DNA from: Thermodesulfobacteriota bacterium
GTDB lineage: Bacteria > Desulfobacterota_D > UBA1144 > Nemesobacterales > UBA2774
Direction: 5' to 3'
Length of the DNA: 64,000 bases
Assembly: GCA_965223335.1 (NCBI GenBank)
Contig: OZ244991.1
Coordinates: forward strand, 1,568,001 to 1,632,000
Positions within the stretch are counted from its first letter, which is position 1. The number at the start of each line of letters is the position of its first letter. Positions 30,784-39,976 of the stretch are shown here, in pieces. Under the pieces are notes generated by a model. That model made no database searches and was not told where the DNA came from. It was given only the letters and a program-made list of their open reading frames with translations. The translations under genes and the position numbers were made by a program.

Positions 30784-31218
30784 ATGCAATTATCTACAAA
30801 ACTAACTACCGTTTTGTTCCCGGCTGTGTTGTTCCTGAGCACTATTGTTTGCGGTGCTATGGAGTGGAGTTATGTGGGTTTTGGGGTTGTGGACGGGCTT
30901 AATAGATTCAACGTCTATGTTGACAACACATCGCCTCCCACACCAGAGGGAGTACACACTTTTTGGCAGGGCCATGTGTTTTATAACGACCAGTTTCTGC
31001 CCGATGGAAAGACCTATCTCAGGATAAGTATCCGCCGATCAATCAACTGCAGCGATAGAACGTCGGTTACCAAAGAGGCTGTGTTTTACGATGGCTCAAA
31101 CTCGGTAGTGGACCGCTACACCCCTCCTGCCGAAGACGCAGTGTTTAACCCTGTCGAGGCAGGCTCCATTGATGAAGCGGTGCTAAATTTCATATGTGAC
31201 GGGGGCAGTGAGCAATGA
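30784..31218 (+). CDS. Exported protein, surface-adhesin-E-like fold
   Basis: GGAGG RBS, signal peptide, W..Y.D, INC...FYD...GS......IC pattern. Confidence 0.55.
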   Translation: MQLSTKLTTVLFPAVLFLSTIVCGAMEWSYVGFGVVDGLNRFNVYVDNTSPPTPEGVHTFWQGHVFYNDQFLPDGKTYLRISIRRSINCSDRTSVTKEAVFYDGSNSVVDRYTPPAEDAVFNPVEAGSIDEAVLNFICDGGSEQ

Positions 31219-31676
31219 ACCTATTTTTCCGAGAGGGCTACATAAAATTGTTCATTATTGCCCTTGTTTTAGTGTCTGTGTTTGTAGCCCCAGGCTGTAA
31301 GACTGAGAAGGTGGCAGACGACGGCTGGCGGTTTTTAGGGGCCATACAGGACGAAAACGGAGACGCCGTAGGAGTGTTTCTAGATACGACCAAGATCGAG
31401 GTTAAAAACGGCAAGCGGACATTCTGGGTCAAGTATGTTGCCAACACAAACCCCAATCAAAAGCCTAAATCCCCCGAGGACACATATATCCGCCAAACTG
31501 GGTTTTGGGAGGTCGACTGTTTCGACCGCTCTCTTGAAAGGGTGTCCGAGGAGTATTACGACTCTGCGGGCAAACTACTGGGAAAGACTACCGAAAGAAT
31601 GAAAGAGGAGTATGACGACAAGGGCTCCATAGGGGCAAAAATGGCCGATATGGCGTGTCGTTACGGAGGCAAGTAA
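31215..31676 (+). CDS. Lipoprotein, surface-adhesin-E-like fold
   Basis: Lipobox APGC; FWVK, VDC...YYD..G...GSI......C; ATGA overlap with the upstream gene. Confidence 0.55.
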   Translation: MNLFFREGYIKLFIIALVLVSVFVAPGCKTEKVADDGWRFLGAIQDENGDAVGVFLDTTKIEVKNGKRTFWVKYVANTNPNQKPKSPEDTYIRQTGFWEVDCFDRSLERVSEEYYDSAGKLLGKTTERMKEEYDDKGSIGAKMADMACRYGGK

Positions 31677-31749
31677 TTTCCCTACCCCCTTGCTTAGGAA
31701 CCATTTTAGAACCCCCGATATTTATCTATATTTAGTTCTTCCTGATAGA

Positions 31750-31980
31750 TTAGTGCTTGACGTCATTAGGTATAAGCACCATCTGCCAAACCGAAAATAT
31801 CAACTCTTCTTTATCGTTTAGTTTGTTTTCGGCCCCCATCAACATGTCCGAAGAATATTTATTGGCAAACTCTTCTATGTCCTCCACAGTTATGTCGACC
31901 TCTTGGGACGAGCCGTGAAGCACGACTTTGTACCCTTTATCTGTTTGAGTAGCTGTGTATCCGTCTATGTTTTTGTACAT
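31750..31980 (-). CDS. Hypothetical protein (76 aa)
   Basis: ATG preceded by AGGAG RBS; fills an intergenic gap. Confidence 0.65.
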   Translation of the reverse strand: MYKNIDGYTATQTDKGYKVVLHGSSQEVDITVEDIEEFANKYSSDMLMGAENKLNDKEELIFSVWQMVLIPNDVKH

Positions 31981-32082
31981 TTGTTAACTCCTATATTCCT
32001 ATCACCTTATATTTGCAATATAATCATCAATAGAGAGATTTAAAGTGACGGACCCGAATTTAGATTGTTAGGCGGTTCATCG

Positions 32083-32361
32083 ATGACACAAATAGTCTTG
32101 GATAGTGCTAGGGAACTCGAGCGGCTGGGGGAGCTTACGGTTGCAATATGCTCTGTGGTGGACAGTGATGGGTTGAGCGAAGAGCTCGGGTGCACACTGG
32201 ACAGTCTCATCGGAGATATGGGTGAGGCTCTATCAAATAGAGATTTAAGAAATGCCAGGGTGCTTGTGCTTAGAATGCTGTCTGAGATCCTGGGTTACGA
32301 GCCCAACCGTGCAAAGTTCATCATGAGTAACCACCTTAACCCCAACACTAATTGGCTGTGA
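32083..32361 (+). CDS. Hypothetical alpha-helical protein
   Basis: ORF fills the gap between opposite-strand genes; protein-like composition. Confidence 0.5.
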   Translation: MTQIVLDSARELERLGELTVAICSVVDSDGLSEELGCTLDSLIGDMGEALSNRDLRNARVLVLRMLSEILGYEPNRAKFIMSNHLNPNTNWL

Positions 32362-32468
32362 TAGATATCTATATGCGCTCGAGGATCCGGGTGTGCCCTA
32401 GATCTCTATGCGTCGTTTATAATAGTGTTCCACGAGTTTCGGTTCCGGATCTGTCGAGACTGGGTGAG

Positions 32469-32690
32469 TTATTTCTTTGTGGTCTTTATGATCTTAGATC
32501 TAGCTTCTCTGGGCAGGTGTTTCTGCAGATATTCTACAACCGCTTCCCTTACTATTTGTGCTGGCCGCATCTGAAGGTGCCACTGCGATTTGTTTAGCAT
32601 ATCAACGAATTCTTGAGACGCCTTTACATAAATCGCCTTTTCCATGGTCTCCTTCTTTTTTTCTTCCTTTTTTCCTCTCTTCTGTGCCAT
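32469..32690 (-). CDS. Small basic protein, probable ribbon-helix-helix DNA-binding protein
   Basis: AIYVKAS beta-strand pattern followed by ..PAQIVREAVVEYL helix, typical of RHH. Confidence 0.6.
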   Translation of the reverse strand: MAQKRGKKEEKKKETMEKAIYVKASQEFVDMLNKSQWHLQMRPAQIVREAVVEYLQKHLPREARSKIIKTTKK

Positions 32691-32847
32691 ATTATATATA
32701 TAACATAGTTAAAATATAAAGGAAACCGATATTTTTTGCTGCGTAGGTAATTGCGAAATTCATCGGGTCGGGTTCAAAGTCGAGAATTGTGCCGTTTATT
32801 TCATGTATCATTATTTTATATATGAGTTGTAATCAGAGGACAATGCA

Positions 32848-33939
32848 ATGAAATGGTCGTGGAAAATCGGGGAGTTTGCGGGCATAGGTGTGTACATGCA
32901 TGCGACCTTCCTGCTTATAATCGGGTGGGTAGTGCTTATCCATTGGCAGCACGGCCATGATCTAAGTACTACGATATCGGGGGTAATTTTTGTCCTGGCT
33001 CTGTTCTTTTGTGTCGTGTTGCACGAGTACGGACACGCCCTTACAGCAAAAAGATACGGGATTAAAACACGCGATATTACACTGCTGCCCATAGGCGGGG
33101 TTGCACGCTTGGAACGCATGCCCGACGAACCCAAACAGGAGCTTTGGGTGGCACTCGCAGGCCCTGCTGTTAACGTTGTAATCGCTATAATTCTCTATTT
33201 GTGGATCCGTGTAACAGGGGGGCTTGAGCCCATGGAGGAGCTCACCGTGACAACGGGCTCCTTTGCCGAGAGACTATTGGTGTTAAACATTGTTTTAGTC
33301 GTGTTCAACATGATCCCGGCATTCCCCATGGACGGCGGGCGGGTGCTCCGAGCGCTTTTGGCGATGAGGGGCGATTTTACAAAAGCTACTCAGACTGCTG
33401 CAACCATCGGCCAGGGTATAGCACTACTATTTGGTTTTGTGGGTCTATTCACAAATCCGTTTTTAATCTTCATTGCACTATTTGTGTGGATAGGTGCGGC
33501 ACAGGAAGCGAGCATGTCCAAGATAAAGTCCGCACTCGGAGGCATACCGGTGTCAGAGGCCATGGTTACAAGCTTTAGGACCGTTAGCCCCTACGACACC
33601 CTAGATCAATTGGTCCAGTTAACCATGACGGGATCGCAACAGGACTTCCCGGTAGTGGACAACAGCCAGGTAGTTGGTCTTGTGACTCATTCAGACCTCA
33701 TTTCTCACCTAACCGAGCGGGGAAGAGATGCGAGGATAAGCAGCATCATGCGTAAGGAGTTTAATACGGTAGCCCCTGGGGATATGCTTGAAGCTGTTTT
33801 CGAAAAGCAGCAAATCTCTGACAACCGCACCATACCGGTGGTCCAAGACGGTAGGCTGATAGGGCTACTGACCATGGACAACGTAGGTGAGTTTATGCGG
33901 ATTCAGTCTGCACTCTCTTCATATGGCAAGGACCGCTAA
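32848..33939 (+). CDS. Site-2 (M50) zinc metalloprotease with tandem CBS domains
   Basis: LHEYGH, LPIGGVA, AGPAVN, FNMIPAFPMDGGR, C-terminal CBS pair. Confidence 0.93.
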   Translation: MKWSWKIGEFAGIGVYMHATFLLIIGWVVLIHWQHGHDLSTTISGVIFVLALFFCVVLHEYGHALTAKRYGIKTRDITLLPIGGVARLERMPDEPKQELWVALAGPAVNVVIAIILYLWIRVTGGLEPMEELTVTTGSFAERLLVLNIVLVVFNMIPAFPMDGGRVLRALLAMRGDFTKATQTAATIGQGIALLFGFVGLFTNPFLIFIALFVWIGAAQEASMSKIKSALGGIPVSEAMVTSFRTVSPYDTLDQLVQLTMTGSQQDFPVVDNSQVVGLVTHSDLISHLTERGRDARISSIMRKEFNTVAPGDMLEAVFEKQQISDNRTIPVVQDGRLIGLLTMDNVGEFMRIQSALSSYGKDR

Positions 33940-33987
33940 TATTCAGTACCATATAGGGCAGAGATAATTTATCTGTGGAGAAGGCCG

Positions 33988-36240
33988 GTGAGTAGCCAAG
34001 AGCAAAAAATCAATCCTGACAAAGATGCAACGACGTTTCTCTCAATACCGGATATGAGCTGTGCCGGGTGTGTGGAAACAGTTGAGAAGTGTCTACGCGA
34101 GATTCCCGGTGTCGAGGACGCTAGGGTAAACCTGGCCGATAAAACCGCTGTGGTCGAGGGGAATGTACACGACCATTCACTAGTCGATGCTGTGAGTGGT
34201 GCCGGCTACACGGCTTCCGTAATAGAGGATGAAACCAAGGCCGATGCTAAGAGGGATAATGCGGAACTAGAGCATTACAAGCTATTGGTGCGCCAAACCA
34301 TTGTGGCGGGGGTTATAGGTGTATCGATTTTAATTGTAACCATGTTCGACCTGCTTCCTCGAATGGATACAAGGCCGGGTCAGATAGCCTGGGGTATAGT
34401 TGCTCTGCTTTCGTTATTCGCCTTAGTGTATTCCGGAGGCAACTTCTTTCGGGGCGCATGGAAGTCGTTTCAGCATCACAGCGCCAACATGGACACGCTT
34501 ATTGCCATTGGGACCGGCGTGGCATGGTGCTACTCGATGTTTATAGTGCTTTTTCCCAATGCCTTGAGTCTCTTGGCCCAGCATGTCTATTTTGATACCG
34601 CTACCATAATAATTGCATTCGTAAAATTGGGCTCGGCACTCGAGATCCGCGCCCGAGGTAAAACATCCGAAGCCATAAAGAGACTAATAGGCCTAAAACC
34701 CAAGACAGCCAGGGTTGTGAGGGACGGTGAAGAGGTCGATATCCCAATAGAAGAGGTCCTACTAGGCGAGGTCCTAAGGGTCCGCCCTGGTGAAAAAATA
34801 GCGGTAGACGGTGTAATAACCGAGGGTGCCTCTCATATAGACGAGTCGATGCTCACAGGTGAGCCGATCCCTGTCGGAAAAGAGGCGGGGGACGAGGTCA
34901 TAGGTGGGACGATTAACAAATCCGGCACTTTCCTCTACGAAGCAACGCGCATAGGAAAAGACACCGCCCTTTCACAGATAATAAGCCTGGTAAAAAAAGC
35001 ACAGAACACAAAACCCGCTATTGGCCGGCTCGCCGACAAGGTCTCATCGTACTTTGTACCTTCAGTACTTATTATCGCAATCATAACTTTATTGATGTGG
35101 TTTAACTTCGGGCCCGAGCCCAAAATTACATATATGATCGTCACCACCATTGCTGTTCTCATAATTGCCTGTCCCTGCGCGCTGGGATTGGCCACACCGA
35201 TATCGATAATGGTCGGGGTGGGCAAGGCTGCGGAGCACGGCGTGCTCATACGCAAAGGCGATGCACTCCAGCAGTCGGGTGAGCTTACCACTGTGGTACT
35301 GGACAAGACCGGTACCATCACAGAGGGGCGGCCCAAAGTCACCGCAATTCACACGGTACAGGGTGTAGACGACACAAAGATACTGTCATATGCAGCCAGT
35401 GTAGAGGTGGGCTCCGAGCACCCGATCGCCGAGGCCATTATTGAGGCTGCCCGAGAACATAACACACTACTCATGGAGGTAACTGATTTTGGGGCGATAT
35501 CGGGTATGGGGGTTAGAGCAAATCTCGATGGCAGCGAGGTTCTTTTGGGCAACCGCAAGCTGATGGATAGCAAAGGGGTTAATATCGATGGGCTCAGAGC
35601 CGTTGCCGATGAATATGCCCGGGAGGCACGCACCGTTATGTACGTTGCTCATAACAACAGTGTCCTAGGTGTGATAGGGGTATCCGATCCCATCAAGCCC
35701 GATTCCCTAGAGGCTGTTAAAAGTCTAAGAAACATGGGGCTTAAGGTGGTGATGCTAACGGGAGACAACGAGTCGACCGCACAGGCTGTGGCCCGGGAAG
35801 TGGGGGTTGACAGTGTAATTGCCGAGGTCATGCCCGAAGATAAATCGAGCGAGGTCGAGAAGCTTCAGCGCAGCGGCGAAAAGGTAGCGATGGTTGGTGA
35901 CGGGGTTAACGACGCCCCTGCGCTTGCACTGGCCGATGTGGGTTTTGCAATTGGCACTGGAACAGATGTAGCCATAGAGAGTGCCGATATCACATTGATG
36001 AGGGGGTCGCTTACAGGAGTCGTAGATGCAATCAAGCTCTCGAAGGCCACACTACGCAATATCAAGGAAAACCTGGTCGGTGCATTCGCATACAACACGC
36101 TGGCTATCCCTATTGCTGCCGGAGTATTGTTCCCCATATCGGGGGTGCTGTTAAACCCTGTAATCGCTGGCGGGGCCATGGCTCTGTCATCGCTTACGGT
36201 GGTAACAAATGCAAACAGACTAAGGTGGTTTCAACCCTAA
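33988..36240 (+). CDS. copA: Cu(I)-translocating P1B-type ATPase
   Basis: HMA domain [36 protein letters not shown] and MALSS motifs. Confidence 0.94.
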   Translation: MSSQEQKINPDKDATTFLSIPDMSCAGCVETVEKCLREIPGVEDARVNLADKTAVVEGNVHDHSLVDAVSGAGYTASVIEDETKADAKRDNAELEHYKLLVRQTIVAGVIGVSILIVTMFDLLPRMDTRPGQIAWGIVALLSLFALVYSGGNFFRGAWKSFQHHSANMDTLIAIGTGVAWCYSMFIVLFPNALSLLAQHVYFDTATIIIAFVKLGSALEIRARGKTSEAIKRLIGLKPKTARVVRDGEEVDIPIEEVLLGEVLRVRPGEKIAVDGVITEGASHIDESMLTGEPIPVGKEAGDEVIGGTINKSGTFLYEATRIGKDTALSQIISLVKKAQNTKPAIGRLADKVSSYFVPSVLIIAIITLLMWFNFGPEPKITYMIVTTIAVLIIACPCALGLATPISIMVGVGKAAEHGVLIRKGDALQQSGELTTVVLDKTGTITEGRPKVTAIHTVQGVDDTKILSYAASVEVGSEHPIAEAIIEAAREHNTLLMEVTDFGAISGMGVRANLDGSEVLLGNRKLMDSKGVNIDGLRAVADEYAREARTVMYVAHNNSVLGVIGVSDPIKPDSLEAVKSLRNMGLKVVMLTGDNESTAQAVAREVGVDSVIAEVMPEDKSSEVEKLQRSGEKVAMVGDGVNDAPALALADVGFAIGTGTDVAIESADITLMRGSLTGVVDAIKLSKATLRNIKENLVGAFAYNTLAIPIAAGVLFPISGVLLNPVIAGGAMALSSLTVVTNANRLRWFQP

Positions 36241-36249
36241 AATTACAAT

Positions 36250-36663
36250 ATGACGATACTGATAGTTAACCTGGCTGGAATAACTGCAATAGCCTTTATA
36301 GTATGGTGGTTTTGGCTCTCGGGTACACGGAGCGTTGCCCGGACCGACGGCAGTGTTATTACCGTAATTGTTGATAGCGGGGTATACGAGCCCTCACAGA
36401 TTAAAACGGTTATGGGTAGGCCGGTAACACTCAGGTTTATACGCAAAGACCCCAGTGTGTGTGCCGAGAAGGTAATATTCAACGACTGGGAGATTAATGC
36501 CGATCTACCGCTTGATAAACCCTATGATCTCACATTCACACCCGACAAACCGGGGGTGTTCGAGTTCACCTGCCAGATGGCAATGTACAGGGGCAAACTC
36601 ATAGTCGAGAGCGAAGGACTATTGAGAGTTATCCCCATCCACATAGATGAAAAAGTGGGGTAG
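36250..36663 (+). CDS. Membrane-anchored cupredoxin-domain protein (CupA-like)
   Basis: N-terminal TM helix, GVYEPS, VCAE, FTCQMAMYRGKL; downstream of copA. Confidence 0.85.
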   Translation: MTILIVNLAGITAIAFIVWWFWLSGTRSVARTDGSVITVIVDSGVYEPSQIKTVMGRPVTLRFIRKDPSVCAEKVIFNDWEINADLPLDKPYDLTFTPDKPGVFEFTCQMAMYRGKLIVESEGLLRVIPIHIDEKVG

Positions 36664-36798
36664 GAACAAGGCGCAATCCATGTATATCTGTTAAACACCT
36701 ACACCTTACCGGATCGAACCCGGCAAACCTCAGATCCCGCAGAACACTGCCTCTATATATTTATAGGAGTCAAAGCGGTCAATTTCAGAAAAGGAGAG

Positions 36799-36999
36799 TT
36801 AGTTCACTTTTTCTACGTTGCTTGCTTGCAAACCTTTAGGACTTTCAACAACCTCGAACTCAACCTCTTCTCCTTCTTCGAGTGTCCTGAACCCAGCTCC
36901 TTGAATGGAACTGTAGTGTACAAATACGTCATTTCCACCATCATACTCAATGAATCCATATCCTTTGGACTCGTTAAACCATTTAACTTTACCTCTCAA
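36799..36999 (-). CDS. Cold-shock domain protein (66 aa, TTG start)
   Basis: [36 protein letters not shown] before TTG at 36999. Confidence 0.95.
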   Translation of the reverse strand: MRGKVKWFNESKGYGFIEYDGGNDVFVHYSSIQGAGFRTLEEGEEVEFEVVESPKGLQASNVEKVN

Positions 37000-37030
37000 A
37001 TTACTGCCTCCTGTTAAAGATTTTCCGTCA

Positions 37031-37096
37031 ATCTTACATATCGCGATTATCAAAGTCAAATAAAAATTTGACTTTGATAAATGTTATATATAGCCT
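37031..37096. promoter_or_regulatory. Back-to-back divergent sigma70 promoters built on a perfect 15-bp inverted repeat (csp / tpx)
   Basis: TTATCAAAGTCAAAT-AAAA-ATTTGACTTTGATAA (37047-37080); TTGACT-17-TAAGAT toward csp and TTGACT-17-TAGCCT toward tpx. Confidence 0.65.
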
Positions 37097-37154
37097 AAAA
37101 TCGATCATTCATTATATAACGAGAACAATAAAAATAAATAGGGGGTAGTTCTAG

Positions 37155-37670
37155 ATGTCCGAAGAAAGATCAGATGTGGTTACGCTAAAAGGTAATCCCC
37201 TCACTCTTATAGGAGCCGAATTGAAAGTTGGTGATACGGCGCCTGATTTTTCGGTGCTCGAAGGTCTCGGGGCTCCTGTCTCTCTGGGTGACCTGGCCGG
37301 CAAGACCAAGGTTTTTAACGTAGTGCTGTCCGTGGATACTCCGGTGTGTGACACACAAACAAAGAAATTCAACGAAGAGGCCGCCGGGCTTGGGGATGAT
37401 GTCGAGATATTAACACTCAGCATGGATCTGCCGTTTGCTCTTAAGCGCTACTGTGCTGCTGCCGGCATAGACAAGGTGCGTACTCTCACAGATTACAAAG
37501 ACGCTTCTTTCGGTGAGGCTTACGGTGTGTTGATAAAAGAACACCGTTTGCTGGCCCGCGCTATCTTTGTAGTCGATAAATACAATGTGGTTAAGCACGT
37601 AGAGTATGTAAGCGAGGTTGCTTCCGAGCCCGACTACAACTCGGCGCTCGAAGCCGTAAAGAACGCTTAG
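37155..37670 (+). CDS. tpx: Thiol peroxidase
   Basis: VTLKGNP, SVDTPVC, SMDLPFA..RYC, LLARAIFV, EPDY. Confidence 0.94.
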   Translation: MSEERSDVVTLKGNPLTLIGAELKVGDTAPDFSVLEGLGAPVSLGDLAGKTKVFNVVLSVDTPVCDTQTKKFNEEAAGLGDDVEILTLSMDLPFALKRYCAAAGIDKVRTLTDYKDASFGEAYGVLIKEHRLLARAIFVVDKYNVVKHVEYVSEVASEPDYNSALEAVKNA

Positions 37671-37784
37671 ATAGGTAATAACCGATTCACAATGCTAGAG
37701 AAATTAGGGTGCAGAGTAGTTTGAATAGATGCCACCTAGGGGTATTATTATATATTGACTACATGTAATTAAAGGGGAAGGAAA

Positions 37785-38378
37785 ATGGCTATTGGAGATA
37801 TGATTTCTAAACTCTTTCAAAAAAACGACGACAAAGATAAACCCACTGTGGATCGCTCTAAAGTCGAAGAGGTACTCTCCGACTCGAAGCCAGAACACAT
37901 CCACAAGGTCGAGACCATGGATATTCACGATGTTGATACACTCGACCGCGAGAAGAAAAAGCAGTCTGCCAAGGATGAAGAGGTCCTCGATCTTGTGGAA
38001 GAAGTCACTGAGGATAATGATAAAAACGCTAAAGCGCAGAAGTCGCAAGCGGCCACAGATTCCAGCCACTCAGAGGGTGATGTAAATGAGGCTAAAGTGC
38101 TGCAGGTTCTAAGCGAGGTCTACGACCCTGAGATTCCTATAGACATAGTAAACCTAGGGCTTGTTTACGATATAGATATAGATGACGGCACTGTGGATAT
38201 CAAAATGACTATGACCTCCCCCGGCTGCCCCGCTTCCACGCAGATTGCCTCTGAGTCAAAGTTACTGGTCGAGGATATACCGGGTGTGAAAGAGGTTAAG
38301 CTCGATATTGTATGGGACCCACCCTGGGACCCGAGCAAAATGAGCCCCGAGGCCCAGGAAAGCCTCGGTCTGTTTTAA
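37785..38378 (+). CDS. DUF59/SufT-like Fe-S assembly protein with long acidic N-terminal extension
   Basis: VYDPEIPIDIVNLGLVY, TSPGCP, WDPPW. Confidence 0.88.
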   Translation: MAIGDMISKLFQKNDDKDKPTVDRSKVEEVLSDSKPEHIHKVETMDIHDVDTLDREKKKQSAKDEEVLDLVEEVTEDNDKNAKAQKSQAATDSSHSEGDVNEAKVLQVLSEVYDPEIPIDIVNLGLVYDIDIDDGTVDIKMTMTSPGCPASTQIASESKLLVEDIPGVKEVKLDIVWDPPWDPSKMSPEAQESLGLF

Positions 38379-38479
38379 ATCAGTTTTAGCAAGCCACAGG
38401 TAAACCCGGCTAAGTTTGCTCGGACGGACTACACCCCTAATCATACCGAAAATAAACTGGTACGATTCCTATAACTGAA

Positions 38480-39217
38480 ATGGCTACTTTTCCAAAAGGT
38501 GTTTTTGTAACTGGCACGGATACCGGTGTTGGCAAAACGGTCGTAACAACTGCAATTGTCTCGTCCCTTTTGCAGTCGGGCAAGGCCGCGGTACCAATGA
38601 AGCCTCTACAAACCGGTACTAACCTGCCCGGGGCCATGGATATTGAGTTTGCACTTGGCGCTAACGGTTTGGACTACTCTTTGGATAGCGTGTGTCCCTA
38701 CCGCTTAACCGAACCTCTAAGCCCCTTGGTCGCAGCCGAGATAGACCGGGTTGAGATTGATATCCACAGGATAGCGGATGTATACCAGCAACTCAGTTCC
38801 GACCATGACACAGTGGTAGTCGAGGGTGCGGGTGGGTTGCTTGTACCCATTACCGAGAGCTATTTCATGAGTGACCTGGCAAGGGAACTATCCCTGCCTG
38901 TGGTAATTGTTATCCGCCCGGGGTTGGGCACGCTCAACCACACACTGCTTACCCTGGAGACCGCAAAGTCACGCGGCCTCGAGGTCCTTGGACTTGTCAT
39001 TAATGGTTATCCCACCGAGCCTAATCTCGCAGAAAAGACTAACCCGGTTGTGTTAACAAAATTATCCGGATCACCCATCTTGGGGGTGCTTCCCCATGAC
39101 CCCGGCCTGTCAGTAGAAGATCTGCAGTGGGGCAACCTAAAGGGGATTGCGACAGGTTCCATCGCCCCTTTACTGGGGGGCACATTCTCATCTGAATCGT
39201 TTTTAAACCGGTTTTGA
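38480..39217 (+). CDS. bioD: Dethiobiotin synthetase
   Basis: FVTGTDTGVGKT, KPLQTG, SP..AA, VEGAGG, LGTLNHT. Confidence 0.95.
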   Translation: MATFPKGVFVTGTDTGVGKTVVTTAIVSSLLQSGKAAVPMKPLQTGTNLPGAMDIEFALGANGLDYSLDSVCPYRLTEPLSPLVAAEIDRVEIDIHRIADVYQQLSSDHDTVVVEGAGGLLVPITESYFMSDLARELSLPVVIVIRPGLGTLNHTLLTLETAKSRGLEVLGLVINGYPTEPNLAEKTNPVVLTKLSGSPILGVLPHDPGLSVEDLQWGNLKGIATGSIAPLLGGTFSSESFLNRF

Positions 39218-39294
39218 TTTGTAAAACGATTTAGAAATTAACCATCCATTTGCTCTTAAATTTCAGTATTTTAGGCCCGCCCACGGCTAAATAC

Positions 39295-39324
39295 TTGACA
39301 GATATCTTGAGTATGATATACATT
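39295..39324 (+). promoter_or_regulatory. Putative sigma70 promoter of the act operon
   Basis: Perfect TTGACA at 39295-39300, followed 16-18 nt later by a TATACA/TACATT-like -10. Confidence 0.45.
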
Positions 39325-39396
39325 GTAGGCGTTTTTGAGAGATTGCACCTAAATCTTTCCAAAATGGACGCATTCCATAGCCAAGGTATTAGCTAA

Positions 39397-39963
39397 ATGA
39401 TAAGAGCCTTAAAACTTTATTCACTGCCAATAATCTCGGTATTCCTACTCGTGGGTTTTTATTTTTACGATGCACACAGTCGCGATAAAGGGCCCGAGCA
39501 GCCAGTTAGATTCAGCCACAAAATCCATGCCGGCGAGGACAAGATCGATTGTAAGTACTGTCATAGTTTTGTGGATGTATCGCCCAACCCCGGCATACCG
39601 TCGCTCAAAAAATGCATGGGCTGCCACACCCACATTGTGGGACGAGACGTCGATTATGATTTTGACGGCACCACCATAAATATTAAATCCGAAATAGCTA
39701 AAGTAAGAGAGTACTGGGACAACAAAGAGCCTATCCCGTGGGTCAAAGTAAACTCTAGGGCCGGCTTTGTGCACTTCACACACAAGCGCCACATAAAGCG
39801 CGGATTCGATTGTGTGGACTGTCACGGTGATGTCGCAAGCATGGATCAGGTATACAAGGTGAACAGACTCAATATGGGTTTTTGCATCACTTGCCATACC
39901 GAGAACGCAAAGGACCATGAAGAGCTCACGCACTTAAAGGACTGTTTGACCTGTCATTATTAA
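39397..39963 (+). CDS. actA: Alternative complex III pentaheme cytochrome c subunit
   Basis: N-terminal TM; PEQP..FSHKIHAG; five CxxCH motifs (CKYCH, CMGCH, CVDCH, CITCH, CLTCH). Confidence 0.88.
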   Translation: MIRALKLYSLPIISVFLLVGFYFYDAHSRDKGPEQPVRFSHKIHAGEDKIDCKYCHSFVDVSPNPGIPSLKKCMGCHTHIVGRDVDYDFDGTTINIKSEIAKVREYWDNKEPIPWVKVNSRAGFVHFTHKRHIKRGFDCVDCHGDVASMDQVYKVNRLNMGFCITCHTENAKDHEELTHLKDCLTCHY

Positions 39964-39976
39964 ATTGGAGGAGGAG

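Noticed and set aside
37000..37059. N-terminal extension of the cold-shock ORF in the track (86 aa)
   Set aside because: An AGGAGG RBS and family length point to TTG at 36999; the extension overlaps the promoter
39191..39235. Imperfect inverted repeat over the bioD stop
   Set aside because: AT-rich with a large loop and no clear U-tract; too weak to call a terminator
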